From a virus: 33,611 nucleotides of DNA. Positions 1-10,496 of the stretch are shown here, in pieces. The stretch covers positions 1 to 33,611 of IMG/VR virus record IMGVR_UViG_3300045988_134784; one strand, 5' to 3'. The notes under the pieces are model-generated. The model was given only the letters and a program-made list of their open reading frames with translations, ran no database searches and was not told the DNA's origin. The position numbers and the translations under genes were made by a program. Position 1 is the first letter of the stretch. The number at the start of each line of letters is the position of its first letter.

Positions 1-55
1 ACTTGAAGGGAAATCATAAGCTCTTTGAAGAGGCCCCTCTCCAGGTTTAATGCTC
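1..55. repeat. 55-bp exact terminal direct repeat, copy 1 (identical to 33557-33611); contig closes on itself
   Basis: Positions 1-55 (acttgaagggaaatcataag...ccaggtttaatgctc) recur exactly at 33557-33611. The repeat lies inside one continuous minus-strand reading frame. Confidence 0.95.
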
Positions 56-669
56 CATCCTTTACCTCTTGCTCCACCAAGCCAAATATTGCAAGATGAG
101 CTAGAGTAAAGATTGGGAAACATATCCTTTAATGGCTTATATGTATAAAGCTCAGGGAATTCGTTATAATATGTAATTATAAAGTCCTGTAAACGAGTCT
201 TAAAGAAATCCGCCTTATCTCTATAATACTTCTTAATTTGATTTACTTGACTTGCTTCAGCAGCAATATCTTTCTCATCATCAGTTCTCATAACTCCAAA
301 ATTACCAAGCTTATAAGATATAGGAATTACTATCTCGCTAAGTACTTGATAAAGTAAATAAGGCTGAACATAATAGTCTAATAGCTCTTTATATCTGTAG
401 TTATCAGAATCATCAATAGAATCACTTGGAAGTGGCTCAGGAGGTTCTATTGGATGAACTGGAGTATGAGGATCAATCCAATTAATACATTTCTTTTGTA
501 ATGCTTCCAATAGCTTAGTACCAATAGTTGACTGAAGCTCTACATCTTGGGCACTTGTGATGGCTGCTTGTAAATATTTACCCGATATATTGTTATCTAA
601 TGTAGAATTTGACTTTATATAGTCTTCTGAAATAAGCAGTACATTTCTATAGTTAAGTTGTTCCATCAT
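1..669 (-). CDS. hypothetical virion-module protein, 5' part of a gene that crosses the contig junction (229 aa in total; continues 33556 -> 33536)
   Basis: ATG at 667-669 and the frame is open down to position 1. After the wrap it ends at TAA 33536-33538. No in-frame TGA and no family recognised. Product begins MMEQLNYRNVLLISEDYIKS... and ends ...GPLQRAYDFPSSNNKKSK. Confidence 0.6.
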   Translation of the reverse strand, partial: MMEQLNYRNVLLISEDYIKSNSTLDNNISGKYLQAAITSAQDVELQSTIGTKLLEALQKKCINWIDPHTPVHPIEPPEPLPSDSIDDSDNYRYKELLDYYVQPYLLYQVLSEIVIPISYKLGNFGVMRTDDEKDIAAEASQVNQIKKYYRDKADFFKTRLQDFIITYYNEFPELYTYKPLKDMFPNLYSSSSCNIWLGGARGKGWSIKPGEGPLQRAYDFPSS

Positions 670-1261
670 AAATAAATTTATTGTTTTTATAAGGTCTATT
701 TTCTTTTAAAGCTAAATATAATCCAGAACGTTCTCCATTAACTGATTTAACAGCTTCTTTCATTGAATTATATCTTGCAATAAAATTCCCATTCATATCA
801 AATCTTAATATAGGCTTAACTCTAATAATTCGTCCTTTGGAAGCATTTCCAATTTTAATAAGTGTTTCCAAAGTATAGATTCCTTTCTTTCCTTTATTCC
901 AGGGTGTTTTACCTTTTTTAGAATTTGACATTTTTGCTCTACTCTCATTAGAAAAAGAATACCCGTATGTACCTTCTCCTCCTGATGTTATATTGTAACC
1001 ATTTTCAGGAGTATTTGTTTTATATTTATGTATCAATATCCTTTCTAATGTCTTAGCACAAGCTTCTGGTAAATTATCTTTAATTATGATATGTTCAAAT
1101 CCATCTCAGCTATATTTTTGTATCGCTTTATAAAAGTAAGCTTGAGTAGAGTATCCATATCCATTTTTTCACCTAGCTTGCACACTTTGTCCAGTAATGC
1201 CAAAATATAGCTTATTGTTATACTTATTTATATGGCAATAAACAGTATAATTATTCAACAT
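653..1261 (-). CDS. free-standing GIY-YIG homing endonuclease #1 (202 aa, 2 sense TGA)
   Basis: ATG 1259-1261, TAA 653-655. N-terminus YTVYCHINKYNNKLYFGITGQSVQAR[TGA]KNGYGY...KAIQKYS[TGA]DGFEH...NGYNITSGGEG is a GIY-YIG core. TGAs at 1169-1171 and 1106-1108 fall on the conserved RW and KYGW Trp positions. The C-terminus carries NUMOD-like KKGKTPWNKGKKG and a DNA-binding tail. The track shows only the 653-1036 fragment. Confidence 0.9.
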
Positions 1262-2318
1262 TTTGTTTGCTATCTTCTTGTCCATTTGGAGTTAAGCTAA
1301 AAGGAGTTATAGTTATTGAACCTTTCATTCCAAATATCTTATCAAATGTATCTACTATTTCGACCTGAATTGGTCTAACTACTGTACGATTATAAAGTTT
1401 AAAAGCTTCATTAAATTCTTGTTCGTTGAATCCACTTGAGTAGTTAAGGCCAAAAAGTACACTATTAGCTCTAAATGCGCAGAATATTTGCTCCCTTGTT
1501 CTTTCAGATAAAGCACTATATTTCTCATCAAAATCATCAGAGTCTAAACGCTCAATAGTAGTCTTATTTGTCTCATCATCATTATATGAAATAAGAACTC
1601 TACCAGCATTTTGAAATCCTGAGAATTTCTCATTAATATTCATCTCAATCTCTTCTTTAACTTCGTCTGTAGGCTGTCCATTATTAAAGTTAATGATAAT
1701 ATTACCCATAAATCCGTTATGAAGAGAATTTAGATGGAACTCATTAATATTCTTCTCAGTTTCGCAAGATAGGATAGCTGCACCATAAACAGGGACTGGA
1801 TATACTTTTCTTGTTATATAGCCCTTATTATAAACAACACTTGTAGGATTATCATCTGAATAATTAAATTTTGGATATTTGATAGCTTTAATAGACCAAG
1901 CAGACCAATCATCGGCATAATAGAATACTTCATTCTTTTCATCAGAACGAATCTTCATAAAGTCAAGATGATAGATCTCTGAAACTCTACCTAACATATC
2001 TCTAATTATTTGTAAAGCATAACCTCCAAATATCATCTTATCAATAGTGATTTTTCTCATTATATCAACTATTGTTTCACCTTTCTTATTTACAGTTATT
2101 TCAAATCCTGGTGCATTACATACAACATCATTCCCAACAATAAAGTCAGCAGTCCCATTAATGATAGATTGAAGAGTAGCTACATTTAAGTATAAATCCC
2201 ATAGATATAATGGATAGCGATTATCTTCTCCTCACATTATCATATCAGAACCTCTTTTCCTTGTTTCCGTTGGAAGAACGATGTTAGATTGAATAAAAGG
2301 ATCTAGGGCTGACATCAT
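1251..2318 (-). CDS. portal protein (355 aa, 1 sense TGA)
   Basis: The track ORF 1251-2060 extends upstream in frame through TGA 2232-2234 to ATG 2316-2318 (MMSALDPFIQSN...MIM[W]GEDNRYPLYLWDL...). The FSGFQNAGRVLISY...REQIFCAFRA pattern is typical of HK97-type portal proteins. TAA 1251-1253. Confidence 0.8.
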
Positions 2319-2322
2319 TATT

Positions 2323-2970
2323 TTACTTTTGTGCCCATTCTCATTTGTAGCCTTTACATTGTTTATTTTTTCCATAAAGTACTCTGTTAATATTTTTATA
2401 ACCACTTTTTTGTGCTTCTTTACAAGAATCTCATCTTTTAATAAAATTGCCGTCTAAATCTAATTGATTTACTGGTTTGCTTCACTTTTTACGTAGATTT
2501 TCTTTCTCCTCTTCAGTTCTATGTCTACCATACATACCATTCTTCTCTCCAGATCTAGATTCACTCATTTTCTTCCGAGTATCCTCACTACATTTTTGCA
2601 CTCCTTTTTTATCCTTATTTCAGGGATCTTTCCCAATTGTACCTCCGCCTCCTAGAGTTGAATTATATCCATTTTTAAATGTATCATATAAAGCTATATA
2701 TTTAATTTCAGATGCATCTAACTGTTTCTTTAACAACTCTTTTGAAGAACAGGAAAATATTTTAAGTATTTTATAATCTCAATTATCTATACCATATAAT
2801 CTGATTGCTTTATGAAAGTGATCATTATAACTTCTTGAATTTGAATTAAAACTATCAGCACAATGTTGTTTCCATCTTATATCAAATGACCTACAAGTTT
2901 GTCCAATATACATTTTTCCTGTTACCTTAGAGCGGACCAAATATATTTCTCCAGTTTTATTTTCGCTCAT
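2323..2970 (-). CDS. free-standing GIY-YIG homing endonuclease #2 (215 aa, 5 sense TGA)
   Basis: ATG 2968-2970 (MSENKTGEIYLVRSKVTGKMYIGQT...FDIRWKQH...KAIRLYGIDN). It continues through TGAs at 2779, 2620, 2482, 2431 and 2341 to TAA 2323-2325. The tail reads ...NGYNSTLGGGG...GKDP[W]NKDKKG...MYGRHRTEEEKENL...QLDLDGNFIKR[W]DSCKEAQ...CKGYK[W]EWAQK. The plus-strand track ORF 2477-2776 is its antisense shadow. Confidence 0.9.
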
Positions 2971-3349
2971 AAGCCATATATTTGTTTTGTTTATCGTATT
3001 GGTATTTATTATTCTGATAATCTCCAACTCTTATTAGTCCTGAACTCAATACAGGTATAGGTTTACCAGCAACTAATATCTGTGTTCCTGTAGTAAGAGT
3101 ATTTTCATAAGTTACCAGAATAACTGGATTACCATATAGCTCTGACTGCATAGGATTATTTACATCTACAATTACTTCAAGTTTATTTGGGTTACTAAAC
3201 AGAATATACTGATATTCACCATCAGGCATATCATCAGATAATGTAATATCAAACTTATAGTAGATATTTTCAGCATAATTCTGATTTTCTAAGTTATATA
3301 CATAAACTTCTTTAGTAATAGTATTCTGCATTAATATTGAATAATTCAT
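2957..3349 (-). CDS. hypothetical small virion-module protein (130 aa)
   Basis: Intact ORF ending at TAA 2957-2959. The first ATG is at 3347-3349; the track start at 3358 is a TTG. No family recognised. Confidence 0.6.
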   Translation of the reverse strand: MNYSILMQNTITKEVYVYNLENQNYAENIYYKFDITLSDDMPDGEYQYILFSNPNKLEVIVDVNNPMQSELYGNPVILVTYENTLTTGTQILVAGKPIPVLSSGLIRVGDYQNNKYQYDKQNKYMAYERK

Positions 3350-3427
3350 ATTTTGCAATAGTTTTACATTAATTTACATATCTTTTTCTTAAAATATAAA
3401 CCAATTTACTAATGTATTAAAATAATT

Positions 3428-3449
3428 AAAGGAGACCTAAGCCTCCTTT
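3428..3449. terminator. stem-loop (aaaggag-N8-ctccttt) abutting repeat copy A
   Basis: 7-bp perfect inverted repeat 3428-3434 / 3443-3449, with T-rich flanks in both orientations. It lies in the intergenic gap between co-directional minus-strand genes. Confidence 0.45.
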
Positions 3450-3451
3450 AA

Positions 3452-3501
3452 TGTCAAGTTTTTTACTCACTCAAAGTACTAAGAAAAAATAAAAACTGAC
3501 A
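3452..3501 (+). repeat. 50-bp conserved intergenic element, copy A (TGTCA...TGACA inverted ends)
   Basis: tgtcaagttttttactcactcaaagtactaagaaaaaataaaaactgaca. The first 18 nt are identical to the copies at 13024 and 28400. It starts 1 nt after the TAA of the 3503-4474 gene. Confidence 0.8.
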
Positions 3502-3502
3502 A

Positions 3503-4474
3503 TTATGCTGACGCTAAAGTTCAGTTTTTAGAAGCAGCTAATGATTTCTGTTCCTCAGTAAGAGCATTATAAACAGAAGAATTAAATGTAATGGTCTGAG
3601 CTGTTTCCCCAGTTAAATCAATTACAGACTCCAATACATTATTAACAGAGGATTCAGTTAAACCAGATAAATTTGTTAAATTAAAGGACTTATTTGTCAC
3701 AACCCCACCAAAATCAGTCAAATTTGGCATATAATAACTAGATCCGAATGTGTATCCAAATGCAGTACCCTCTAAAGCTGTATTATTAGCTATAGTTATT
3801 TTACCTAATGATTTTAAAGATGCACAATTCATAAACATCCTATTTGTTTGTCCACTACATTGAGGTGCATATATATCAGGTATTGTTTCTAATAATTCAC
3901 AATTCTCAAATATGCCTGAAAGAGAAGTTGCTATTGAAAAATCCATAGTAGGTAATATTTTTAACCTTCTGCATCCATAGAAAGTTTGAACAAACTGTAC
4001 AAGTTTTAAAGTGGCATTTATCTCAACTAAATGTTGACAATTATAAAATAATGAAGAACCATTAGAACTAGTACTATTTAATAAGGTTATTTTAGAAATT
4101 TGATTACTAGAAGAGTAAGAATGAAATAAATCATTCATAAGTTTATTCTGACAATCAAATGTAAAAGTATCTCCTGCACCTCATTCACAACCATAGAAAA
4201 AATAATTATAATTTGATTTGTTCATTATAAAATAATTTTCTAGTTTGTCTTCTCCGCCATCTCTAAATCTATGCATATTAGAAAAACTTAATGATATTGG
4301 AATAATACTTAAATCTATTTTTCCGCCACCTCCAGAAATCTGTCCTATCTTATCTGCATAACTTCTAAAGGTATCGGAATCTGATACAGCAACACCTTTA
4401 GCTACAATAGCATCTTTAATGGCACTCTTAGTACCTTCAAGATACGTTAATTTATCAGAAATTGTATTTGCCAT
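3503..4474 (-). CDS. tail fibre / receptor-binding protein with BspA/DUF285-type leucine-rich repeats, paralogue 1 (323 aa, 2 sense TGA)
   Basis: ATG 4472-4474. Track ORFs 4181-4474 and 3521-4138 share one frame and are joined by TGA 4181-4183. The apparent end TGA 3521-3523 is followed by 5 more codons to TAA 3503-3505 (...AASKN[W]TLASA). Repeats of the form F.nC..L..I (FYNCQHLVEI, FYGCRRLKIL, FENCELLETI, FMNCASLKSL). Confidence 0.7.
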
Positions 4475-4494
4475 ATTATATATTTAAAATGACT

Positions 4495-5154
4495 TTATTC
4501 ATTTGGAATTTCACCATTAATTGTATCAAGAGTAGTTGAAATATTACCAATCTGAGCTTGAACTGCTGAGATTTCTCCATCTAACTCTGTCATCTTTGTA
4601 TTATATGCATCTGTAGTTACATAGTTTGATAACTCACTTTTATCTGCTTTAAGTGCAACTTCATCTTTAGTAGCTAATCCAGATACATCAGGAATCTTAT
4701 TCTCTACAGCTGTAAGCTCTTCTTTAGTAGCAAAATCACTAGTATCAGGAATTTCTGCTTTAGTTGCATAATTACTTAAATCTACAGATAGTTGCAAACC
4801 TTCTCCATTTCTATGTAAAGATAGAGGTTGATTAGCTTGGAATACTTCCATCTTAGAAGTTTCTAACTCCTCAACTTCCCCTTTAAGATTAGTAATCTCA
4901 GTATTAATTGGAGCAAGTTTAGCATCAATAGATTGATCTACTAAAGGTGGAACTTGATCTTCAATACTTTCTGTTACTTTAGTATTAATTAACTCTTCTG
5001 CTTTCTCTTCAGAAATGTAATTACCTTTAGGTTGGAATCTTTCATCTGCTTCAATCTTAGTATAAGAGCCAACAGGAAGTTGTCCAGACTCGATACCACA
5101 TTTCTTACTTACATAGAAAGTTTGTGTATTTTTAGTATTCTTAAGTATAATCAT
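4495..5154 (-). CDS. coiled-coil fibre-like structural protein (219 aa)
   Basis: Intact ORF, ATG 5152-5154, TAA 4495-4497. Repeated ...ATK.E.. heptad-like segments. It shares the motif LSVDLS.Y with the 6320-8926 fibre. Confidence 0.6.
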   Translation of the reverse strand: MIILKNTKNTQTFYVSKKCGIESGQLPVGSYTKIEADERFQPKGNYISEEKAEELINTKVTESIEDQVPPLVDQSIDAKLAPINTEITNLKGEVEELETSKMEVFQANQPLSLHRNGEGLQLSVDLSNYATKAEIPDTSDFATKEELTAVENKIPDVSGLATKDEVALKADKSELSNYVTTDAYNTKMTELDGEISAVQAQIGNISTTLDTINGEIPNE

Positions 5155-5156
5155 CG

Positions 5157-5393
5157 TTATTTAACTTTTATTGATTCTTCATACTCTTTTGAAGCTGTTT
5201 TAGCAGTTTCTTTATATTCAGAATCCTGCTCTAATGTTATCTCTCTTAAATGTTCTAAATCACAATTTAATGGACAAATACACTCTTTAAATGAGTTATA
5301 CCCTTTAATATCCATTTCGTCTTTATAGTTAGTAAGAAGCATATTATCTTCAGGTTTAACTACTTTATACTTTTCTTTAATTTCAATTTTCAT
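5157..5393 (-). CDS. hypothetical small protein (78 aa)
   Basis: Intact ORF, ATG 5391-5393, TAA 5157-5159, tightly packed between fibre genes. Confidence 0.5.
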   Translation of the reverse strand: MKIEIKEKYKVVKPEDNMLLTNYKDEMDIKGYNSFKECICPLNCDLEHLREITLEQDSEYKETAKTASKEYEESIKVK

Positions 5394-5400
5394 AGTGTAT

Positions 5401-6318
5401 TTAATTAGAATATGATATTGTTCATCCTTTAGAAACTATCTGGGCTTTTTGATCTTCAGTTAAAGAGTCAAAGATTACTTTATTAAAAACAATAGTAGGA
5501 TTCTTAGATGCGTCTGAATATAGTCCTTCTATTATATTATTTATAGATTGAACAGTAAGTGCAGGTAATCCTCCTAAATGCAATGTATATGTACTCATAG
5601 TGACTCCCTTCCCAATATTTGTAAAACCTCCAATATCTGTAAGTAGGGTGAAATCTTTAGATTCTTGATCTCTCTCATCATCAGTTCTGAATAAATCAGA
5701 AAAATTACTCCAGTTACTTGCATCATATTGCGGAACAGATTGAAGCCTATAACAGTACCTAAACATTTGATAAACAGTAACTTTTTTAGTTGAAGAAAAA
5801 GTTATCTGAGGTGCTGTTTTTAATTGTTCTGAATATCTAAATAATCCAGTACAATCTACAGCATTAGATAGATCTAATGGATCTATTTCTGTAGCTCCAA
5901 TTCCAGATAAGGCACCATACATACTCTTTTTACCAATAAAAATATCAGGTAATATATATGTTAAACTACGACATCCAGCAAATAAATAATACAAATCAGT
6001 ATCTGTATTTTCAGTAATATATTTTTGAGCATCTATAGATGTAGTTAACTGATACCGTAATGATGAATATGCTCTAAATATAGAAGTTTTTGGGTTAGAT
6101 GAAGTAGGATTTATATATCAACTAATAACATCTGGATTATTACATTCTGTAATTATTGAATTTACACTTCCTAAATATTGTCTTGCAACTGCTTTACGAA
6201 AAGTATCATCTATAAATGGAATTGGAGGACAAGGCCAGACTTTGGTACTGCCAACATAAATAGCAGTACCTTGTCTGTCACCTACATAAAATGTTTTTAA
6301 ATCATCTCTAATATTCAT
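5401..6318 (-). CDS. tail fibre / receptor-binding protein with BspA/DUF285-type leucine-rich repeats, paralogue 2 (305 aa, 2 sense TGA)
   Basis: Track ORFs 6118-6318 and 5422-5994 share one frame and are joined through TGA 6118-6120. The apparent end TGA 5422-5424 is followed by 6 codons to TAA 5401-5403 (...IVSKG[W]TISYSN). Motifs FAGCRSLTYI, FRYSEQLKTA and FRYCYRLQSV. The C-terminal 40 aa are alignable with the 3503-4474 product. Confidence 0.7.
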
Positions 6319-6319
6319 A

Positions 6320-8926
6320 TTATTCTACAATTAAATATTGTGTATTAGGATCTTTAGTAGATAATCTATCATACTCTGATTGAGTTACCACAAGAATAGT
6401 ATGAACTTGTGGTTGAGTTCCACTTCCATAAGTAACTGGATTAGAAACACTCTCAATATCTATATTTCCACTACCTAACAAGCTTTCTCCATTAACTGTC
6501 TTGATATTTGTTCCGCTAACTAAAGTGTCTTGTTTATTTCCTAATCCTGCATTTAATTCAGTTTCTGTAACATATTCATCAGGAATAGAAGTTAAAAATC
6601 CACTATCATTAGTAAGCTCAGATGTCTTAGTTGGTACACCTAAATCCTCAAGACTCTTATTACCACTAAGTTCAACAGAATTGATTTGAGGCTTATTGGT
6701 CAATTGATTATAATCAGTAGTACCTCCTGAAATATCTAAGTTACCAGAACCAAGAATATCCTGTCCATTTATGGTTTTTATATTAGTCCCAGAGACTAAT
6801 TGCTCCTGATAATTATGATAACTAGTATCTGCTGATACTCCAGTTGGAGTAATAGTAGTTTGAACAAGAGTATGATTAGCTGTAGTACTTTCAAAATGGA
6901 AAGTAGCTTGAATATTTTCTCCTGAAACAAAACATACTTCTGGAGCTGCTATATCACCATAACCTAGAATATTTACATAATAAAGCTCAAATGGTGTTTT
7001 ATTAGCTATAGCATTCTTAACAGCAGCGAAATCTCCAGAAAGATGAGTAGTGGAATTTATAAATAGAAATGGAATATTAGAACCACTTTCAATTTCTATA
7101 TTACCTTCTCCAAGTAAAGACTGACTATTGATTGTTTTGATATTAGTTCCACTTACAAGTAAGTCTTGCTTAGTAGCCATCTCTTTATCAAGAGCATCTA
7201 TCTTATTTCCATCTTCTTCTTGCTTTGTTTTAATAATTGATATATCTGAAGTATTAGTTGCTACTTGAGTAGATAAAGATTCTACTACAGAAGAATCAGC
7301 TTTACCAGCAAGTTCTGTTTTTGTTGCATAATCTCCTACAGGCTGTTTAGTAGCAAGCTGCTCATCAACATAAGTCTTATCTGCTTTACCTGCTAAATCT
7401 CCAGAAACCTCTGTTTCAGTTACAAAGTTAGAATCATTAGTAAGCTCACTAACTTTAGTTGGAATATCACTCTTTAAAGCATAATCTCCTTTATCTTGTT
7501 TTGCATCAATCTTACTTTGTAAAGAAGATCTTAGAGTCTCAATTTCCTCATTAACTGAATCGTTAGTTGCATAATCACCAACTGGTTGGTATCCAGATAA
7601 ATCTACAGATAACTGAGTCTTATCTCCATTAAAAGCTAATGGAGCTTGAGGAGCAAATACTCCTTGTTTTTCCTCAAGTTTGGCATCTACTTCTTCTTTA
7701 GTATATCCTTTATTAGTAAGATCAACCTCAGTAACTTTAACAGTCATATTACCATTATTTACTAAGATTGCATTAATAACTACTAATACACCATTATCTT
7801 GGAAATAATAGCCATATAAATCAATAGTTTCGGGATGCTCAATAGTTGCAACAGGAATAACTATAATATCACCTTTATATGTAATCTGGCAGAATAAATA
7901 GAAGTCCAGATTAGTTCTAATAAAGTCATAGATATGTTTCTGTCTTACAGGATCATTCTCATCTAAATTAAGTAAGAAATGATTCTCAAAAGCAGAGATT
8001 ACATTATCTATAATAGATATATTCTTTCCTGCTGTAAGCGTTTCCTGTTTTGAAGCTATCTCTTTATTAATAGCTGTATTTAAAGCATCAATTTCAGCTT
8101 TGGTATATTTATCTGCTAATTGTGCATATAGAGGACCATTAACAATACCAGCTTGGTTAGTCTCTGTATTATATATTGGAAGTTCAACTGCTTCTCCAGT
8201 TTGATTACCAAATACAGGAGCTAAAGTAACTTTAGATGGGACTGATTGAATATTAATGGCAGGTACGATTGAAGCTGCTCCAGATAATTCAGTTCCATTT
8301 AAAGATGGTTTGTTACGAATAGTATTATAATCTGCAGAAATAGTATTCTCTTCAATTACTATACCATCACCTTGGTTTAATTTATTCTGTTTAGAATTTA
8401 ATGCACTTTCAGTAGCTTCTTTTGTAAGATAATTATCTTCAACTCATTTTTCAGTAGCATATCCATCTAAGCTACTAATAAACCCACTATCATTAGTTAA
8501 TTGTGAAGTTTTTGTTGGTATCTCAGATTTATCGGCTTTATTGGCAACTGCATCTGAAATTTCAGTTGTAACCTCTTCTTTAGTTGGATAATCAGCTAAT
8601 CGTTCAGTTATCTGATTATCAATATTTTCAGCACTTGGAATAGTACTCTTTATTTGCTCTAACTCAGAATTAATAGTAACAATATCTTCAGATGACGCTA
8701 ATCCCAACTCTTCTGAAGTCATATTACCATTTAACTCAATACTATTGATCTCAGGTTTATCCTGAAGATCAAAATAGCTATTAGTAGCTAACTGAGAACC
8801 ATCCATAACCTTAACTTCATCATCCTTGTCAATAACAATAACTTTAGTCACATTTGACTTATCTATTGTTTCAACTTCAAGGACATTAAGATAAGGAAGA
8901 ATTGTCTTTTCAGTTTCGTTTGTCAT
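6320..8926 (-). CDS. long tail fibre protein (868 aa, 1 sense TGA)
   Basis: Track ORFs 8444-8926 and 6320-7747 are in one frame. I translated 7748-8443 by hand and found no stop and no start codon. The junction TGA is at 8444-8446. Reiterated fibre motifs: PTK(T/V)S(E/Q)LTNDS(G/N)F x3, LVSGTNIKT(I/V)N..S.LG.GN(I/L) x3, KP.(I/L)N..EL(S/N)G x3. Confidence 0.85.
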
Positions 8927-8969
8927 ATTATTTTTCTATAAAATATAAATTATTCATTATGTGGTATAT

Positions 8970-9006
8970 AAACAAAATAAGGGGCAAGTAAATTAATACT
9001 CGCCCC
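8970..9006 (-). terminator. rho-independent-type terminator after the capsid block
   Basis: Stem 8981-8990 / 8997-9006 (ggggcaagta / tactcgcccc, 9 of 10 bp) with a 6-nt loop. On the minus strand it is followed by ttattttgtt (8970-8980). It lies 11 nt downstream of the TAA at 9017. Confidence 0.65.
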
Positions 9007-9016
9007 TCTTCTGTTG

Positions 9017-9541
9017 TTAAGCACCTACAACACTTTGAATAGCTTCAGCACTCAACTCATAAGGATATGATTCAGAGTCAGTAGCTAAAGTCAGCGTATA
9101 AGCGTTCTGATCACCTTTTGCAGTACCAGTAACACCCGTACCAGCGGAAGCGCTTACATAATCATCTTTTCCTAAGAACCAATATTTGCCATTAGAATCT
9201 TCTACAACAACTACAAGTTGTCCAATAGAAAGAGCAGCAATCTCGATTCTTTTCTTAGTCTCCATCTTTGTAAATACAAGAGCAAGCTCATTACTTACAT
9301 AGTTGGTTCCTGCAGTTTCGTCAACGTTCAATGTTGAGGTTAGAGAACCAGTACCTTTGCGGAATTGGTAATTATACCATTTAGCATCTGCTTCAAGAGT
9401 AATAGCTGAGATTTGATTAGTCTCATCATCTACAGTTACACTCTTAACATTATCGTACTGAGTAATCCATACCTGTTTGATACCACCAAGCGAAGATTCG
9501 CAATCCAGGGTAATACCAGCGATAGTTATTAAACAAGCCAT
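9017..9541 (-). CDS. abundant virion structural protein (possible major tail/tube or head-associated protein; 174 aa)
   Basis: Intact ORF with no TGA, visibly higher G+C than its surroundings, immediately downstream of the capsid gene and followed by a terminator. The functional assignment is tentative. Confidence 0.5.
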   Translation of the reverse strand: MACLITIAGITLDCESSLGGIKQVWITQYDNVKSVTVDDETNQISAITLEADAKWYNYQFRKGTGSLTSTLNVDETAGTNYVSNELALVFTKMETKKRIEIAALSIGQLVVVVEDSNGKYWFLGKDDYVSASAGTGVTGTAKGDQNAYTLTLATDSESYPYELSAEAIQSVVGA

Positions 9542-9579
9542 ATAATTTCAATCTTATTTAAAGTTAAACTCTATTGAAA

Positions 9580-10482
9580 TTAGGCTTTGGCACCAAGAAC
9601 TACCTCATCAGGGAATGCAACCTGTACGCCAGCGTTAAATTCAATAGCTAATCTAAATTCGCGGAAATCTTGTGAATACCACAATTCAAACTTCTCTTCA
9701 TCGTTCATCATATCGCAACCATAGAAGAAGTTCTTATCTAACTGACCAGCAACAATCTTATCAGTTCCATTAAGACCATTAACAGCGATTACTTTAACCT
9801 GCGAACCAGGAAGCATAATCTCACCGTTAAGATTCTCACCACTATAATGGTAGTAGTTCTTAGCAACTAACTCCTGGATAAATTTACGGAAAGTATCACT
9901 ACCAACTAAGATAGAAGCACCATCCAGAACCTTCTCAGGAATAGCGTTATAAACAGTCATAATGTCATCGTAAGCAGAAGTACCAGTAATCGCTACATCA
10001 ACAGTACCAGCAGCATCTTTTAAGATCTTTAACAGACCATCAAAATACTTCAGGTTATTTATTTCAGAAGCAGTATCACCCTGCCAAATAGCAGTCTCAA
10101 TAGCAGCCTTAACATTCTCAACTACTGCATTTACGAAATCCTCTTCAAAAGGAAGCGTCTTCTGACCAGCAGCTACTCGTACTTGATACTGAGTCCAGTA
10201 TTTAAGCATCTCTTTATCACAATATGCCATATTGATCTTAATATTACCAGTAGCCAGAATTCTCTGAGAAAGAGTCTGAGTTCCAGCTTCATTCCAACCA
10301 CAAGCTAGGCCATCGCCAAACTGAATAGCAGTTGATAACAGGTTAAGAGCAGCACTAGTTTTGATGTCAGTTTGAAGATTGAACAACGAAGCACTCTTAG
10401 CCTTTAATACAGCCTCTTTTATCAATGGAAGCCTGCGCTGTTCTACGTAACTAGTTAAACTCGTCATTACGGGGTTTGCCAT
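9580..10482 (-). CDS. major capsid protein (300 aa)
   Basis: Intact ORF, ATG 10480-10482, TAA 9580-9582. Size, position after protease and scaffold, and sequence character (…GWNEAGTQTLSQR…AIWQGD…FFYGCDMMNDEEKFELWYSQDFREFRL…) fit an HK97-fold capsid protein. All 4 Trp are TGG. Confidence 0.8.
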   Translation of the reverse strand: MANPVMTSLTSYVEQRRLPLIKEAVLKAKSASLFNLQTDIKTSAALNLLSTAIQFGDGLACGWNEAGTQTLSQRILATGNIKINMAYCDKEMLKYWTQYQVRVAAGQKTLPFEEDFVNAVVENVKAAIETAIWQGDTASEINNLKYFDGLLKILKDAAGTVDVAITGTSAYDDIMTVYNAIPEKVLDGASILVGSDTFRKFIQELVAKNYYHYSGENLNGEIMLPGSQVKVIAVNGLNGTDKIVAGQLDKNFFYGCDMMNDEEKFELWYSQDFREFRLAIEFNAGVQVAFPDEVVLGAKA

Positions 10483-10496
10483 ACTTAAAAATTTTT

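Noticed and set aside
1-55. The 55-bp identical ends as biological terminal repeats, LTRs or att sites.
   Set aside because: The repeat lies inside a continuous ORF and has the size typical of assembler k-mer overlap on a circular path. No integrase or recombinase is present.
2477-2776. Plus-strand track ORFs lying antisense to minus-strand genes: 2477-2776, 5032-5328, 6501-6689, 11127-11336, 11354-11641, 11388-11615, 11733-11939, 15034-15288, 15427-15687, 15730-15918, 19184-19381, 22137-22493 and 31569-31766.
   Set aside because: They are shadow frames of well-supported genes on the other strand. Their products are low-complexity S/F/L/I-rich sequences, and there is no room for them in a tightly packed unidirectional operon.
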